Below, one piece after another: positions 50,901 through 64,000 of a stretch of DNA of 64,000 bases. Source of the stretch: Sminthopsis crassicaudata (taxonomy: Eukaryota). How positions within the stretch are numbered: position 1 is the stretch's first letter; each line of letters begins with the position of its first letter. The translations under genes and the position numbers were made by a program. A model generated the notes under the pieces. It worked only from the letters and a program-made list of their open reading frames with translations. It was not told the DNA's origin and searched no databases. The stretch lies in contig NC_133617.1 of assembly GCF_048593235.1 (NCBI RefSeq), positions 673,424,958-673,488,957 on the forward strand, written 5' to 3'.

Positions 50901-53900
50901 TACATGTGTTACAATATAACCTAGATACAATATATGTGTGTAAATACCACTTTCTTGTTGCACATTAAGTATTGGATTCCGAAGGTATAAGTAACCTGGG
51001 TAGATAGACAGTAGTGCTAACAATTTACATTCACTTCCCAGTGTTCCTTCTCTGGGTGTAGTTATTTCTGTCCATCATTGATCAACTGGAAGTGAGTTGG
51101 ATCTTCTTTATGTTGAAGACCTCCACCTCCATCAGAATACATCCTCATACAGCATTGAAGTGTACAGCGATCTTCTGGTTCTATTCATTTCACTCAGCAT
51201 CAGTTGATTTAAGTCTCTCCAGGCCTCTCTGTATTTCTCCTGTTTGTCATTTCTTACAGAGCAATACTATTCCATAACCTTCATATACCACAATTTACCC
51301 AACCATTCTCCAACTGATGGACATCCATTCATCTTCCAGTTTCTAGCTACTACAAAAAGAGCTGCCACAAACATTGCAAAGGAAGGATTTTCTGTTCTCT
51401 TCAGAACATGGGCAAGGGGAAGGATCAGGGCCTGAAAGGGAGGGAGGGGCTGGGGATGATAGAGAGCTTCCCACTTGGAACCTGGACTCAGGCACGTCAG
51501 GGATTGAAGAAGCTTTTCTAGAGCTGGTTCCCAGGCTCAGCTTTGAGACAATGCTGCCCCGGGCTGCTGCAAGCAAAGGGCTCTGTGATTTTTAAGTGAA
51601 GTAGAAAAAGCAGCTGCTTGTACCTTCTTTCTTTAACAAGGAGATTGGGGAAGAAGCTAGGGAAGTTAGTGGGAGCCGAGAATGGAAGGCCTTGGATGCT
51701 GGGTTGTGCAGTTTGGATCTTATATCCTGGGCAGTAGACCGTGGGTACCCCCCCCACCTCCTCCTGCTTAGAAATGAGGAGAGACCAGGCAGCAGGAGGA
51801 CTCAGAACATCTTTCAGCTCCGTGGTTATGCGCAAAGTGTTCAGTTTCTCCCTCTATTAAAAAGCAGTAGTCTTAGCACACTCTGACACCCATAGCTATT
51901 GTCCAGAAGAGACTTAAGGCAATAGAGAAGTGAGCTGTTGCAGTTATGTGGGTCACCCTTCAGTGATCCTGTGTTGTCCTACAAAGGGAGGCCCTAGCTT
52001 AGGACTTGGGGGACAGGCAGCTGCTGCCTCTGGCACTCCTCCTCTTAGGAGCTGGAGGGTTCTCCTCCCCAGGTGGCCGGAGTGGACAGGGTTCAGGCTG
52101 TTCGGCAGAATGTCAAGCCCTGTACCCTAGATTCAGCCACCCAGGAACTGGTGTCCCTCATTTTCAGCCATGACATGTTCAATGATGCAATGAAGACCAT
52201 GAACCTTGGTAAGAACAGTGAAGGAGAAAATTGGAGAAGGGATAATCAAGGGGGAAAGAGTCTAGAGATAGCTCTACCTCAGGGCCTCCACTTCATCCTG
52301 CTCCTTCTCCTACCCCTACCTATTAAATAGATGTTAAGAAGATGCCCTTGGGAAAGCTGAGCAAGCAACAGATTGCCAAGGGCTTTGAGGCCTTGGAGGC
52401 CCTAGAGGCTGCCCTACAGAAGAGTGCAGACACAAAGGAGCTGGAGGAGCTGTCCTCTCGCTTCTACACAATCATCCCCCATAACTTTGGCCGAATGCGA
52501 CCCCCACCCATCAACTCCCGGGAGGTCCTTCAGGCCAAGAAGGACATGTTGTTGGTGAGGATCAGATGGATGGCTGGGGGGGGGGACAGATGGACAGGAG
52601 TGGAGACAGATGGATGGAATAGAAAGACAAATGGAAAAAGATGGGGGTGGTAAGCATATAAGGGACAGACAGACAAATGGGGAGATAGATGGAGGTGGGG
52701 GAGGCAAGTGCACAGGAACAGAGAGAGAAGGGGACAGATGGATGGGAAGACAGGTGGAAATATGGGGGGCAATGGACAGGTTGTAGGAGACAGACACAAG
52801 AAGAAAGGTAGAACAGACAGATAAGCAACGATCAGAGATAGTCAAATGAGAGATATGGAGAGAAAATAAGGTAGGAAACAGAGAAAGGCAGAGAGGATGG
52901 GATGGGCCGAGAAGAGAGTGGGCAGAAGAACATGGGCCCCGGGTACCAGTCTATACTTCATCCCAGGTCCTGGCTGACATTGAGCTGGCCCAGGCCCTGA
53001 AGGCTGGACAGGAGGAGGAAGAACAGAAGATAAAGATGGAAGAAGTGCCCCACCCACTGGATCGGGATTACGGGCTCCTGAAATGCCAGCTACAGCTCCT
53101 GGCTACCGACACTCATGAGTACAAGGTGTGGGGTGCAGCCCCGGGTGGGGGCAGAGAGAGCCAGGAAACCAGTCCCCTCCTGGCCAGCAGGAGATAGGGG
53201 AGGGGGAGGAGGAGTATTCCCCGGGCCTGCTTTCTCCCATTCTGTCTCTCTCCACTCTGCCCAGAATGGTAAGTCTTGGACAGTGGCAAGAGAGAGCTTG
53301 GCTAGGGGTCAGAAGAGCCGGGTTCTAGTCTTCTCCTGAGTCAGCCGGACAAGGGCCACCCCCAGGCCTCCTGTGTGGACAAGAGGAGGCTGGCTGTGGT
53401 GTCTGTAAAGTCCTTTCACACTGACTCTGTGACTCCAGTGGGTTTGTATTTACCGCAGCTACCACAGGCGCCATTCGTTGCCAAGCAGACTTTGGGCCAG
53501 CTGGGCCCAGCGGCTCTGGGTCTGAAGTGGCAGCCCTTGGACACGGGAGCCCTGCTTGAGGCGGGGTCTTTCTGCCAGCCAGCTACCCCCCCCCACAGAC
53601 CCTCTGCTTTCCCTCCTCCTCCTACCCAGCTTCTGGCAGCCTCAGCTTTCTCCCTTTCTCTCCGCAGCTGATTGAAATCTACCTGAAGAAGACAGGATGG
53701 CCTCATCTCCGCATCCTCCATGTCTGGAAAATAAATCGAGAGGGCGAGGTGAGGGGAGTCAGGGCCCCCGCCCCCGGCGCCCCAGTGCGGCCTTCTCTCA
53801 GCCCCACCTCCCCCGGGGAGAAGGCAGCTGGAGGAGACCCGTGGAAATATGTTGCCTCATTTCTTTGAAGCTCTGCCAAACACTTCAGTTCCTGGTCCAC

Positions 53901-56900
53901 AGCCCATTTACCCATGGACCCTAGAATGCAGAGCCGGGAGGGACTCTGCACGGCAGCTGGCTCATCGCCGCCATTTTACAGATGAGGAAACGGGCCCAGG
54001 GAAGGGCAGTGACCCTGACATTGGTGGGAGGCAGTGGAGGGCCCAGGGCCTTTCAGGCCTCTGCCACAGACATCCGGGTCCCCTCTCTGGCTGAGGCCTG
54101 CGGCCTCGCGCTGACCCTTGCCCACCCTGTGTTCCAGGGGGAGCGGTTCCGGGCCCACACCGACCTGGAGAACCGGCGCCTGCTGTGGCACGGCACCAAC
54201 GTGGCCGTGGTGGCCGCCATCCTCAAGAGCGGCCTCCGGATCATGCCCCACTCGGGTGGGCGTGTGGGCCAGGGCATCTACTTTGCTTCTGAGAACAGCA
54301 AATCTGCTTGTTACGGTGAGAGCTCTGCCCCCGGCCCAGGCCCCTGCCAGGAGTCCCCCCCCAGGCCTCCAGAACCCGGCCTCTTGTTCTCTTCCCCTTC
54401 TCGGCTCGTTCATCTTTGGGGCCTCTGGGGGATCTGGGGAGCGCTGGCTCCTGCCTGTCCTACCAGCCCCCTCCTCCGGTCCAGCCCTCGCAGCCATTCC
54501 CATCTTCTCTCTCTGCCTCCTCCGAGTCGCCCTTTGTGCTGTGCCCAGGATGGGCTTCCTCAGGCGAGAGGCTCCTGTCCCTGCTCCGACCCCATCTGTG
54601 ACTCCCAGGCTCGTTAGCCCATCATTCAGGGCCTGCCCCCCCCGCCCTGCCACCTCCCTTTTCTGTTCTCGTTTCAGCCACGATCTTTTCCTTGACACTT
54701 TTTTAAGCATCCTTATCACTTGCCAATGACTTGTACCCTCACTCCCATTATACTCGCACCCTCCTCATGACGAAGCAGCTCAGACAAGAACACCGGAGGG
54801 GCCTCAGGCCCGTCTGATAGAGTATGCCCCATTCCACCCCTGTGGCCCTCCACCCTTCTGCACAGAGGAACCAGTGGCAAATTCACTGTCAGTATGGCCC
54901 GGCCCCTGGTGAGGACCCTGGGACTGAGACCCTTGTCCCGGACGGGAAGAGCCTGCTGTCAGTCTGGGACAGGCCAGCTTCTAGAGAGCACTCTGAGCTC
55001 CGCAAAGAGCTCTTCCCCGTGTTCCTCCTTTGTGAGGGCTCAGAGATTAGGCCCCGCCGGGGCCTGCTTGGTGCCAGACCGGGCCCAGCGGGTGCCCCTC
55101 CTGTGGCACTGCCCGGACTGGGAGGGCAGGTTTTCTGAGGTCTGAGGCCATTTCTGCAGGTGCACTTTCCCCTCAGGCAGTGACCGCCCTGAAAGCAGGG
55201 ACAGTGTCTCCCCAGGACTTGGCCCAGGCCTCTGTACCTTGTGGGCCATTGACAGTCAGTGGTTGAATGGATGGATAAGGGAGTGAGCAGCCAGCCTTGT
55301 TCTCAAAGCCCGGCCCTTAGTCCCCTAGGGAGTGCCCACTCCCCATCCCCCCCAGCTGTGAGCTTTATCTCTCTGGGAGAGCAAGCAAAAGCTGGCAGAG
55401 GCCAGACAGCTGTCCTGGGCTCCGAGGCCAGGGCCCACCTGAGCTTCCCAGTCCCAGCCTGTGTTCCAGGTCCTGCCCAGCAGCATCCTCTCAGCCCGTC
55501 TCCTTCACAGTTTTGCCCCTGCACCCTGCAGGGCCCCCCACGAGAATGGTGAGAATGACCTTTTGATCCCGCTCCAGCACTTCTGGCCTCATCTCCCACT
55601 TGTCCCCACCCCATCCCCCTTGTGCTGGGGCAGGGCTTAGCCGCGGCCTGACCTGATCCCCTGTTCCGCAGTGGGCTGCACCTCTCAAAAAATCGGCCTC
55701 ATGTTCCTGAGCGAGGTGGCCCTGGGCCAGGAGCACCGCATCACACAGGACGACTGCAGCCTCCGGCAGCCGCCCCCGGGGTACCACAGCATCATTGCCC
55801 AGGGCCACACGGAGCCCGGTGAGGGGGGAGGGGAGGTAGAGGGGGCCTGGCGGGGAAACCTCAGGGGGGGGAGAGGGGAGGGGAGGTAGAGGGGGCCTGG
55901 CAGGGAAACCCCAGGGGGGGGAGGGGGGAGGGGAGGTAGAGGGGGCCTGGCCGGGGAAACCCGGGGGGGGGGGGGGGGGTAGAGGGGGCCTGGCCGGGGA
56001 AGAGGAACCCCAGGAAGACAAGCCTAGAGCTAGATCTGGGAGGGGCCTTGGAGCTCGGCCCAGAATGTCCCAGAGTGTCCGCGAGGCTTGGAGGAGACCA
56101 GTAACTTCTTTTTGCTTTTACTGAGAAGCAGTAAAAGCATTGATAAAAATATCTCTTAAAAAATCTGAAACTGATTTCCCAAGGGGGATCACCTCCCCTT
56201 GAGGAGATTAGCTGCAGGGGAGGGGGCAGCTGGCAGGCTCAGAGAGATGCCCACCAAGCTGCCCATCCCATTTGTCTCCATTTTAATTGTTTTTAAGTGA
56301 TATTGCATCGGCCTCTCTTGATGTTCGCCCTCCCCTGGCCCACTAACAGAAAAGGAACAGAATCCATGTTGTCGGGGGCATGTGCACCTCTCCTCACCTG
56401 TAGACCCCCACCCCACCCCCAGCGCCCTCCCCAGAAAGGACAGAGCTCTAGCCTTCTCTCAGGGAGTGGGGCTGGGTCCCTGTAATGATGCAGCATTTGA
56501 TGTTTTATTCTTCTTTTCATTTATTATAGTTGAAATGATTTCTCATGAGATCAAAAATGAGGGAGGTGTGATGGAGGCACAGGAAGGAAAGGGCAGGTGG
56601 GGAGGCTGGAGGGGAGCTTTACTGAGGGCTTTGTTAAGAGGCCCGGGAGCTAGGCCGAAGAGCAGGAGGGGGTGGGGAGGGTGGGGGGTGGAGGGGGGGA
56701 GGGGGGAGGAGGAAGCCCTTGGGAACCCCGCCTCCTTTCCCTGCTCCCCTGAGCCTCAGTTTCCCCATTTGGAGCCCAGATGGCCAGTGCTCCCGGATTC
56801 TAGATCACATTTGTGTCTCTCCCAGCGTCCAGCCGAAGGGGGCTCAGGGAGGCCTGGGGGGCAGGGGACAAGCACAGCTGGGCTGCCTGGGCCCAGAGAT

Positions 56901-57100
56901 GGGGATGACTCCCTGGCCTTGCCCCCACAGACCCCAGCCAGGACGTGGCGCTCGAGCTGGAAGGGCACAAGGTGATGGTGCCCCAGGGTCCTCCTGTGCC
57001 CATGCCTGACTTCAAAGGGTCCGCCTTCTACCAGAGCGAATACCTGATCTACAAGGAGAGCCAGTGCCGGCTCCGCTACCTGCTGCAGCTGCACTTCTGA
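44964..57100 (+). CDS. PARP3: Protein mono-ADP-ribosyltransferase PARP3 (WGR, regulatory and catalytic domains), 531 aa, 10 coding exons
   Basis: Exons: 44964-45143, 45482-45607, 45714-45908, 52073-52208, 52331-52554, 52967-53125, 53668-53748, 54138-54315, 55672-55818, 56931-57100. All GT-AG with consistent phases; total 1596 nt. Motifs: NQTNIGSNNNKFYIIQLL, WNRWGRV, MPLGKLSKQQI, LLWHGT, GIYFA, QSEYLIY (H-Y-E triad intact). AATAAA at 57215-57220. Confidence 0.97.
49347..49369. repeat. (TA)n microsatellite
   Basis: Direct dinucleotide run in PARP3 intron 3. Confidence 0.9.
50743..51375 (-). mobile_element. Young L1 3' fragment in PARP3 intron 3 (antisense)
   Basis: 16-bp TSD with one mismatch (gcaaaggaaagatttt 50727-50742, gcaaaggaaggatttt 51376-51391); same 3' UTR subfamily as 3275-3784. 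Confidence 0.88.
52556..52920. repeat. Purine-rich low-complexity (GATG/GACA-like) tract in PARP3 intron 5
   Basis: Recurrent gatgga/gacaga units, almost devoid of pyrimidine runs on the plus strand. Confidence 0.7.
55821..56012. repeat. G-rich minisatellite, ~50-bp period, ~3.7 copies, in PARP3 intron 9
   Basis: Core ggtagagggggcctgg recurs at about 55835, 55885, 55935 and 55978. Confidence 0.9.
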
Positions 57101-59033
57101 GCTTCCCTGCTGGGGCCGGGGCCCAGGGCTCCAGGGGCCCGGGTCCTCCTCCCTGGTCCCAGGAGGCTCCTCCAGCCCAGGGCCTGTGCGTTTCTTGAAT
57201 ATATGACAGGAAGGAATAAAGTCTTTCCGGCCGATGGCCTCTCGTGGCTTCTGGCTCTCCCTCTGTAGCCCCCCTCTCCCCACCCGGGGTCAGAAGTGAG
57301 GCTGCTTGGTTGGGGCAGCTGGGAGCAGTGGCTGGGAGGCTGGGCCCTGTACAGCGGGCAGTGACCCGGGCTGAATTTGGAATTGAGTGTTGGGCTCGGT
57401 CACCACTGTATGAACGAGTCACCACCAGTCCCTGTGCCTTTGTTGTCTTATCTGTAAAACGGGGGAAGGGGAGACGGATTAAATAATGTTTAAGGGCCAT
57501 TCCCACTCTAGCTCCCTATGCCAAGGGGCTTGGAGATCCTCCTGGGGAAGCAGTCAGCAATCTCTCCCACCTGCCCAGGTTTTGTCCCGTTTGCTGCTTC
57601 CTTGAGCTGGGCCAAGGGGAGCTGAGGACCCCTCCTGCCCAGCCCTTATCGCCCTTTCATCTGATGGCTTGATGGCAAAGCCTGTCTCGCTTTTGTACCC
57701 CAAACGCCGACACCTGGCGTGGAGAAGGTGGCGGATAAATGCTTGGCAATGGATTAACTGGGGGAGCCTCAGTTTTCTTCTCTGGGCAGGGACTGAATGG
57801 TCCCAACTCTCCCTGAGGTTGGGGTGTGATGACACTTTCTTGGCTTTAGCCAGCAGTCTTTGTGTCCTGTTGAGGGCTTTCCCACTCTCCTGTGATCTTC
57901 CCTGGAGATAACCAGGGCCCTCAGAGAGAAAGGACCGTGGGTCCGGCGCAGAGCTGGGGGAGGGGACTAGCTCGGGTATCTGTCCTGGAGAAGAGAAGGC
58001 CGGGGTCAGCTTCAAGTGGCCGAGGGTTATCTGGGAAGAAGGGCAGGATTTGTGCCCCTTATCCCTAGGGAGCAGAACTCGGGACAATGAGAAGTTACAG
58101 GGAGCCAGATTCCAACTCAACAGAGAGAAAGTGTCCCAACCACGGAACAGGCTGTGCAGGGAGGAGTTCCCTGTCCCCAGAGGTATCCAAGGGAAGGATA
58201 AACCCCGCTGGAGCGGGAATGTCAAGGGCTTCCTGTCAGGTGCAGAGGGGAACAGGTGTTCCAGGTGTCTTGGGACCCATCCGATTCTTAGGGTCTGTGG
58301 TTCTGTTCTTGATCGACCGACCTGTTCCCCCTTTTTCCAAAGAATGAGGTCTAAAGAGCTAACGGATATCTGCCACTGAAAGCTGGCCTGGCAGGCTGTG
58401 CTAGGACCCAGGGGTGGCTCACCAGCCCCCCCAGGGACTGCGCGATCTTTAAAGGGCAGAGCCAAGAGTGACAGCCTGTGCCATCTCCAGGGAAGAGCGG
58501 CCGCAGCCCTGGGCTAAGGGGGATGAAGATGAGCCCGCGGGGCCCGGCCTTGGCTGCTGTATGCCCGGCTTGGGGGGGGCCGTGTCCCCCAGGGACTCTC
58601 CAGCTCCTGCTGCCCCCTGCTTCCTCCTGGGCAGGGCGTGAGGTGAGATCTTCCCACTGGACCCTGGGCAGCGGGAGGTTGGGCAATGGATGCAAGAGGA
58701 AGGGGAAAAGGGGGTAGAGACTTGTGGGCTCTACACCCAGCAGCCCAATCCCCCCCCTTTTACAGATAAGGAGACTGAGGTCCAGAGAGATTGGGCAAAT
58801 TGTCTAAGGTCACAAAGCTCTGTGAGTATCAGAACTGAATCCTGAACCCAGAACCCTTTCCCCCTGATATCACTTCCCTTGGTCTCCCCAGTTGAAGGGC
58901 AGGGCACAGACCTGGAACTCAGCTCCACCCTCTTGGTTTTCCCTCTCCTGGCCCAGCTCTACAGGGCCACGGATGCTAGGGCTCCCCCCTGCCACCCGGA
59001 TGCCCAGGGCCATGGCTTAGCCCTCGGGGGCCG

Positions 59034-60131
59034 ATGGCCAACAGGACCGAGCCAAAAGAGACACTGGGGGCGGAGTCCCCGTCGTCCCCTCTGGTTGGAC
59101 TCATCCCAGCCGCCTTCCTGGAGGTGGTGACCCTTCTGGCCAACGGCACCGTGCTGGCCGTTGTCCTCCGCACGCCCGCCCTCCGAAAGGCCGTCTACCT
59201 CGCCCACCTCTGCCTTGTGGACCTCTTGGCTGCGGTCTCGGTGATGCCCCTGGGCTTGCTGGCGGCCCCCCCGGGCCTGGGGACGGTGTACCTGAGCCGG
59301 GGCCAGTGCAGAGCCGCCCGCTTTGTCACTGCCACCCTGGTGTCGGCCTGCACCCTGACGCTGGCCGCCCTCGGCCTGGAGCGCTACCGCTACATCCTGC
59401 ACCCCCTGAGGCCCCGGCCCCGGCCCCCGCCCCTCCTGGTGCTGGGGATCGTGTGGGGGGTGTCCGGCCTCCTGGGGGGGCTCTCCCTGCTGGGCCGGCC
59501 CTCTCCAAACTGCTCCCTGGTGGCTGGTCCCCCAGGACCCTTCCGGCCCCTCTGGGCCATCCTCGCTTTCGCACTGCCAGCCCTGCTCCTCCTCGTCTCC
59601 TACGGAAGCATCTTCCGCGTGGCAAGACTGGCAGCCCTTCGCCCCCCGCCCCCCGCTCCCGGCCCGCGGCCCCGCTCCGACTCCCTGGACAGCCACCTCT
59701 CCATCCTGCCCCCCCGGCTGGCCAGCCCCCACCTGGTGGGGGGCAAGGCAGCCCTGACTCTGGCCCTGGTGGTGGGCCAGTTCCTCGGCTGCTGGCTGCC
59801 GTTCTTTGCCGCATGTCTGCTCCCCGGGCGCTGGAGCGTAGGGGTAGAGGTGGCTCTCACCTGGCTGGCCTACTCCTCCTTCGCCGCCCACCCTTTCCTC
59901 TACGGGCTCCTGCAGAGGCCCGTGCGTGAGGAGCTGAGCCGCCTGGCCCGGGCCTGGCTCCAAGCAGTCCCAGGGCCCTGGCACTGCCCGCCGCGAGCTT
60001 GGCTCCCCCAGAGCTTCCTGAGGCTCCTCCGCAGAGACCCCGAGAGCCCAGCCCTGGATCCTTCTGCTGGCCAGGAAGCAAACCCAATGGCTGCAGAGGG
60101 GCCGGGCCTGGACCAGGGAGAGACCACCTGA
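59034..60131 (+). CDS. GPR62: G protein-coupled receptor 62 (orphan class A GPCR), 365 aa, single coding exon
   Basis: Seven hydrophobic segments. TM1 NG (LANGTVL), TM2 LCLVDLLAA, ERY in place of DRY, TM6 CWLPF, TM7 HPFLY in place of NPxxY. Syntenic position between PARP3 and PCBP4. Confidence 0.95.
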   Translation: MANRTEPKETLGAESPSSPLVGLIPAAFLEVVTLLANGTVLAVVLRTPALRKAVYLAHLCLVDLLAAVSVMPLGLLAAPPGLGTVYLSRGQCRAARFVTATLVSACTLTLAALGLERYRYILHPLRPRPRPPPLLVLGIVWGVSGLLGGLSLLGRPSPNCSLVAGPPGPFRPLWAILAFALPALLLLVSYGSIFRVARLAALRPPPPAPGPRPRSDSLDSHLSILPPRLASPHLVGGKAALTLALVVGQFLGCWLPFFAACLLPGRWSVGVEVALTWLAYSSFAAHPFLYGLLQRPVREELSRLARAWLQAVPGPWHCPPRAWLPQSFLRLLRRDPESPALDPSAGQEANPMAAEGPGLDQGETT

Positions 60132-60635
60132 ACAAGGAGACTGGGGGGGGGGGGGAAGCCTGAGATACCAGGGAGATTTCCATCTTCCACACACACTCTC
60201 CCCTTGGGGTGGGCTTGCACTGTGTCCATCCAGAGCCTCCTGGTCCCCAGGACTGCTCCTGCCTGAGTATGTCTGCCTGTGGACCTCCCCGACCCACTCC
60301 CCTCTATCCCCCGGGGAGGCTGTGTCCCACCTGGCTAGGAGTCCTAAGCTGGCAATGGGGAGGGGTCCTCCCTCTGTGCCTTCCTTCACTGCCAGACCCC
60401 CCCACCTGTTTTCCCAAAGGACCACCTCAGGGGGCTAAGGAAAGGAGCCTGGGGGAACCTCCTCTGGGCTGGCACTGGCTTTGAGGTTCCAGCCTATTCC
60501 AGGAAGGGTCACCGCCCTGGCGCAGGAGCGAGGACGGGATGACCTTGAATCCCTGGCGGGGAGGGGATCAATGCCTGGGAGAAATATGAAAAGCCAGGCC
60601 CGGGCGATGGGGCTAAGGGCCAGAGCCAAGACTGC

Positions 60636-60662
60636 GGCTCGGCTCGGCTCAGCTCGGCTCGG
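60636..60662. repeat. (GGCTC)n pentanucleotide repeat
   Basis: ggctcggctcggctcagctcggctcgg within a small CpG-rich patch. Confidence 0.75.
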
Positions 60663-61440
60663 AGATCTGCCAGGGCCCCGGGCGAGAATGGGACGGGCCA
60701 TCCCCGCCAGGGCGGGATCGCCCCCGGCCCAAAGGAGCCGAAGCGCGGGGGAAATGTGCTCACAAGAGGAACTCGCCTCTCCCTTCCCCCAATCAAACTG
60801 GAGACATCCAGGTCACTGAGAATATTTATTCAAAAACTGGATTGAAAAAACTGTACAGAGTCTTGGCTGCTGAGAGCGCGCCTGCCCCCCCCATCCCACC
60901 CCAGCTGCCTGGCAGTGCCCCCCAATCCTGGCCCCCACCCCCCGCTATGCCCCTGCCCAGCCAGCCTGTTCCAGTCAAGAGAATGTTGCTCAAGCAGCAG
61001 GAGCCCGATGTGGGTGGAAAACGGGGGAGCCTCCTTGGAACTCCTCCCCTGGGGGATGTGGGGGGCCGGTGTGAGGGAGCCCCTCTGAGAGGGAGGCACT
61101 GGAGGCTCTTCTCTCCCTGGGATTGCCTGTTTCCCAGTCTGGGGCGCGGGGCCCGGGGAGAGGGAAGGGGGCTCGGTCCCTGTGCCGGGCAGCGGGTCGG
61201 GGGCACGTCCCCTCCCCCTCCCTCGGGCTTCCCGGCCTTGAGTCAGCACCTCCCCCCACCACGTGGCCTGAGATAGAATCCTGGACGGAGGGGGCCCTAA
61301 AATCCATGCGTGTGGGTGTCAACATTGCTAGGGAATTGTCTGCCTGGGCCCCTGGGGGGGGAGCAGAATGCTCCGGAGGAGCAGGAGTCAGGGCCGGCCG
61401 CCCCGCGGAGTCACTCCCCGGCTCCCGGCTCCGGCCTGGC

Positions 61441-63999
<2,559 letters not shown>

Positions 64000-64000
64000 C

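Noticed and set aside
52414-52845. Antisense Leu/Ser/Pro/Cys-rich ORFs in PARP3 intron 5
   Set aside because: Products of the purine-rich simple-sequence tract.
55821-56012. CRISPR-like repeat-spacer array
   Set aside because: Eukaryotic context, no unique spacers and no cas genes; it is a minisatellite.
58959-60425. 488-codon antisense ORF spanning GPR62
   Set aside because: Typical shadow ORF of a very GC-rich coding sequence; non-ATG start and no recognisable domain.

Overview
Eukaryotic genomic DNA, most likely from a marsupial (probably a dasyurid, judged from WSINE1/MAR1-like CORE-SINEs, marsupial-type L1 and RTE fragments). The window is syntenic with the human 3p21.2 block IQCF-RRP9-PARP3-GPR62-PCBP4. 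I resolved spliced gene models with canonical GT-AG junctions and consistent phases for RRP9 (minus strand, 15 coding exons, 475 aa), PARP3 (plus, 10 coding exons, 531 aa) and the last 7 coding exons of PCBP4 (minus, 5' part outside the window). GPR62 is a single coding exon (plus, 365 aa). There is also an intact IQCF-family main exon (IQCF6-like; first exon unresolved) and a degenerate IQCF paralogue about 4.7 kb upstream that the ORF track does not show. The first 22 kb is repeat-dense: a three-tier nested L1 cluster with target-site duplications (TSDs), a fold-back hairpin inside L1, a candidate L1 3' transduction, a divergent inverted pair of LTR-like modules, and an orphan CpG island that appears to be built from GC-shifted old repeats. 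There is one 129-N assembly gap (39303-39431). I found no prokaryotic features, CRISPR arrays, tRNA or rRNA. Protein family assignments rest on recalled mammalian sequences, not on database searches. Repeat boundaries without TSDs are approximate.
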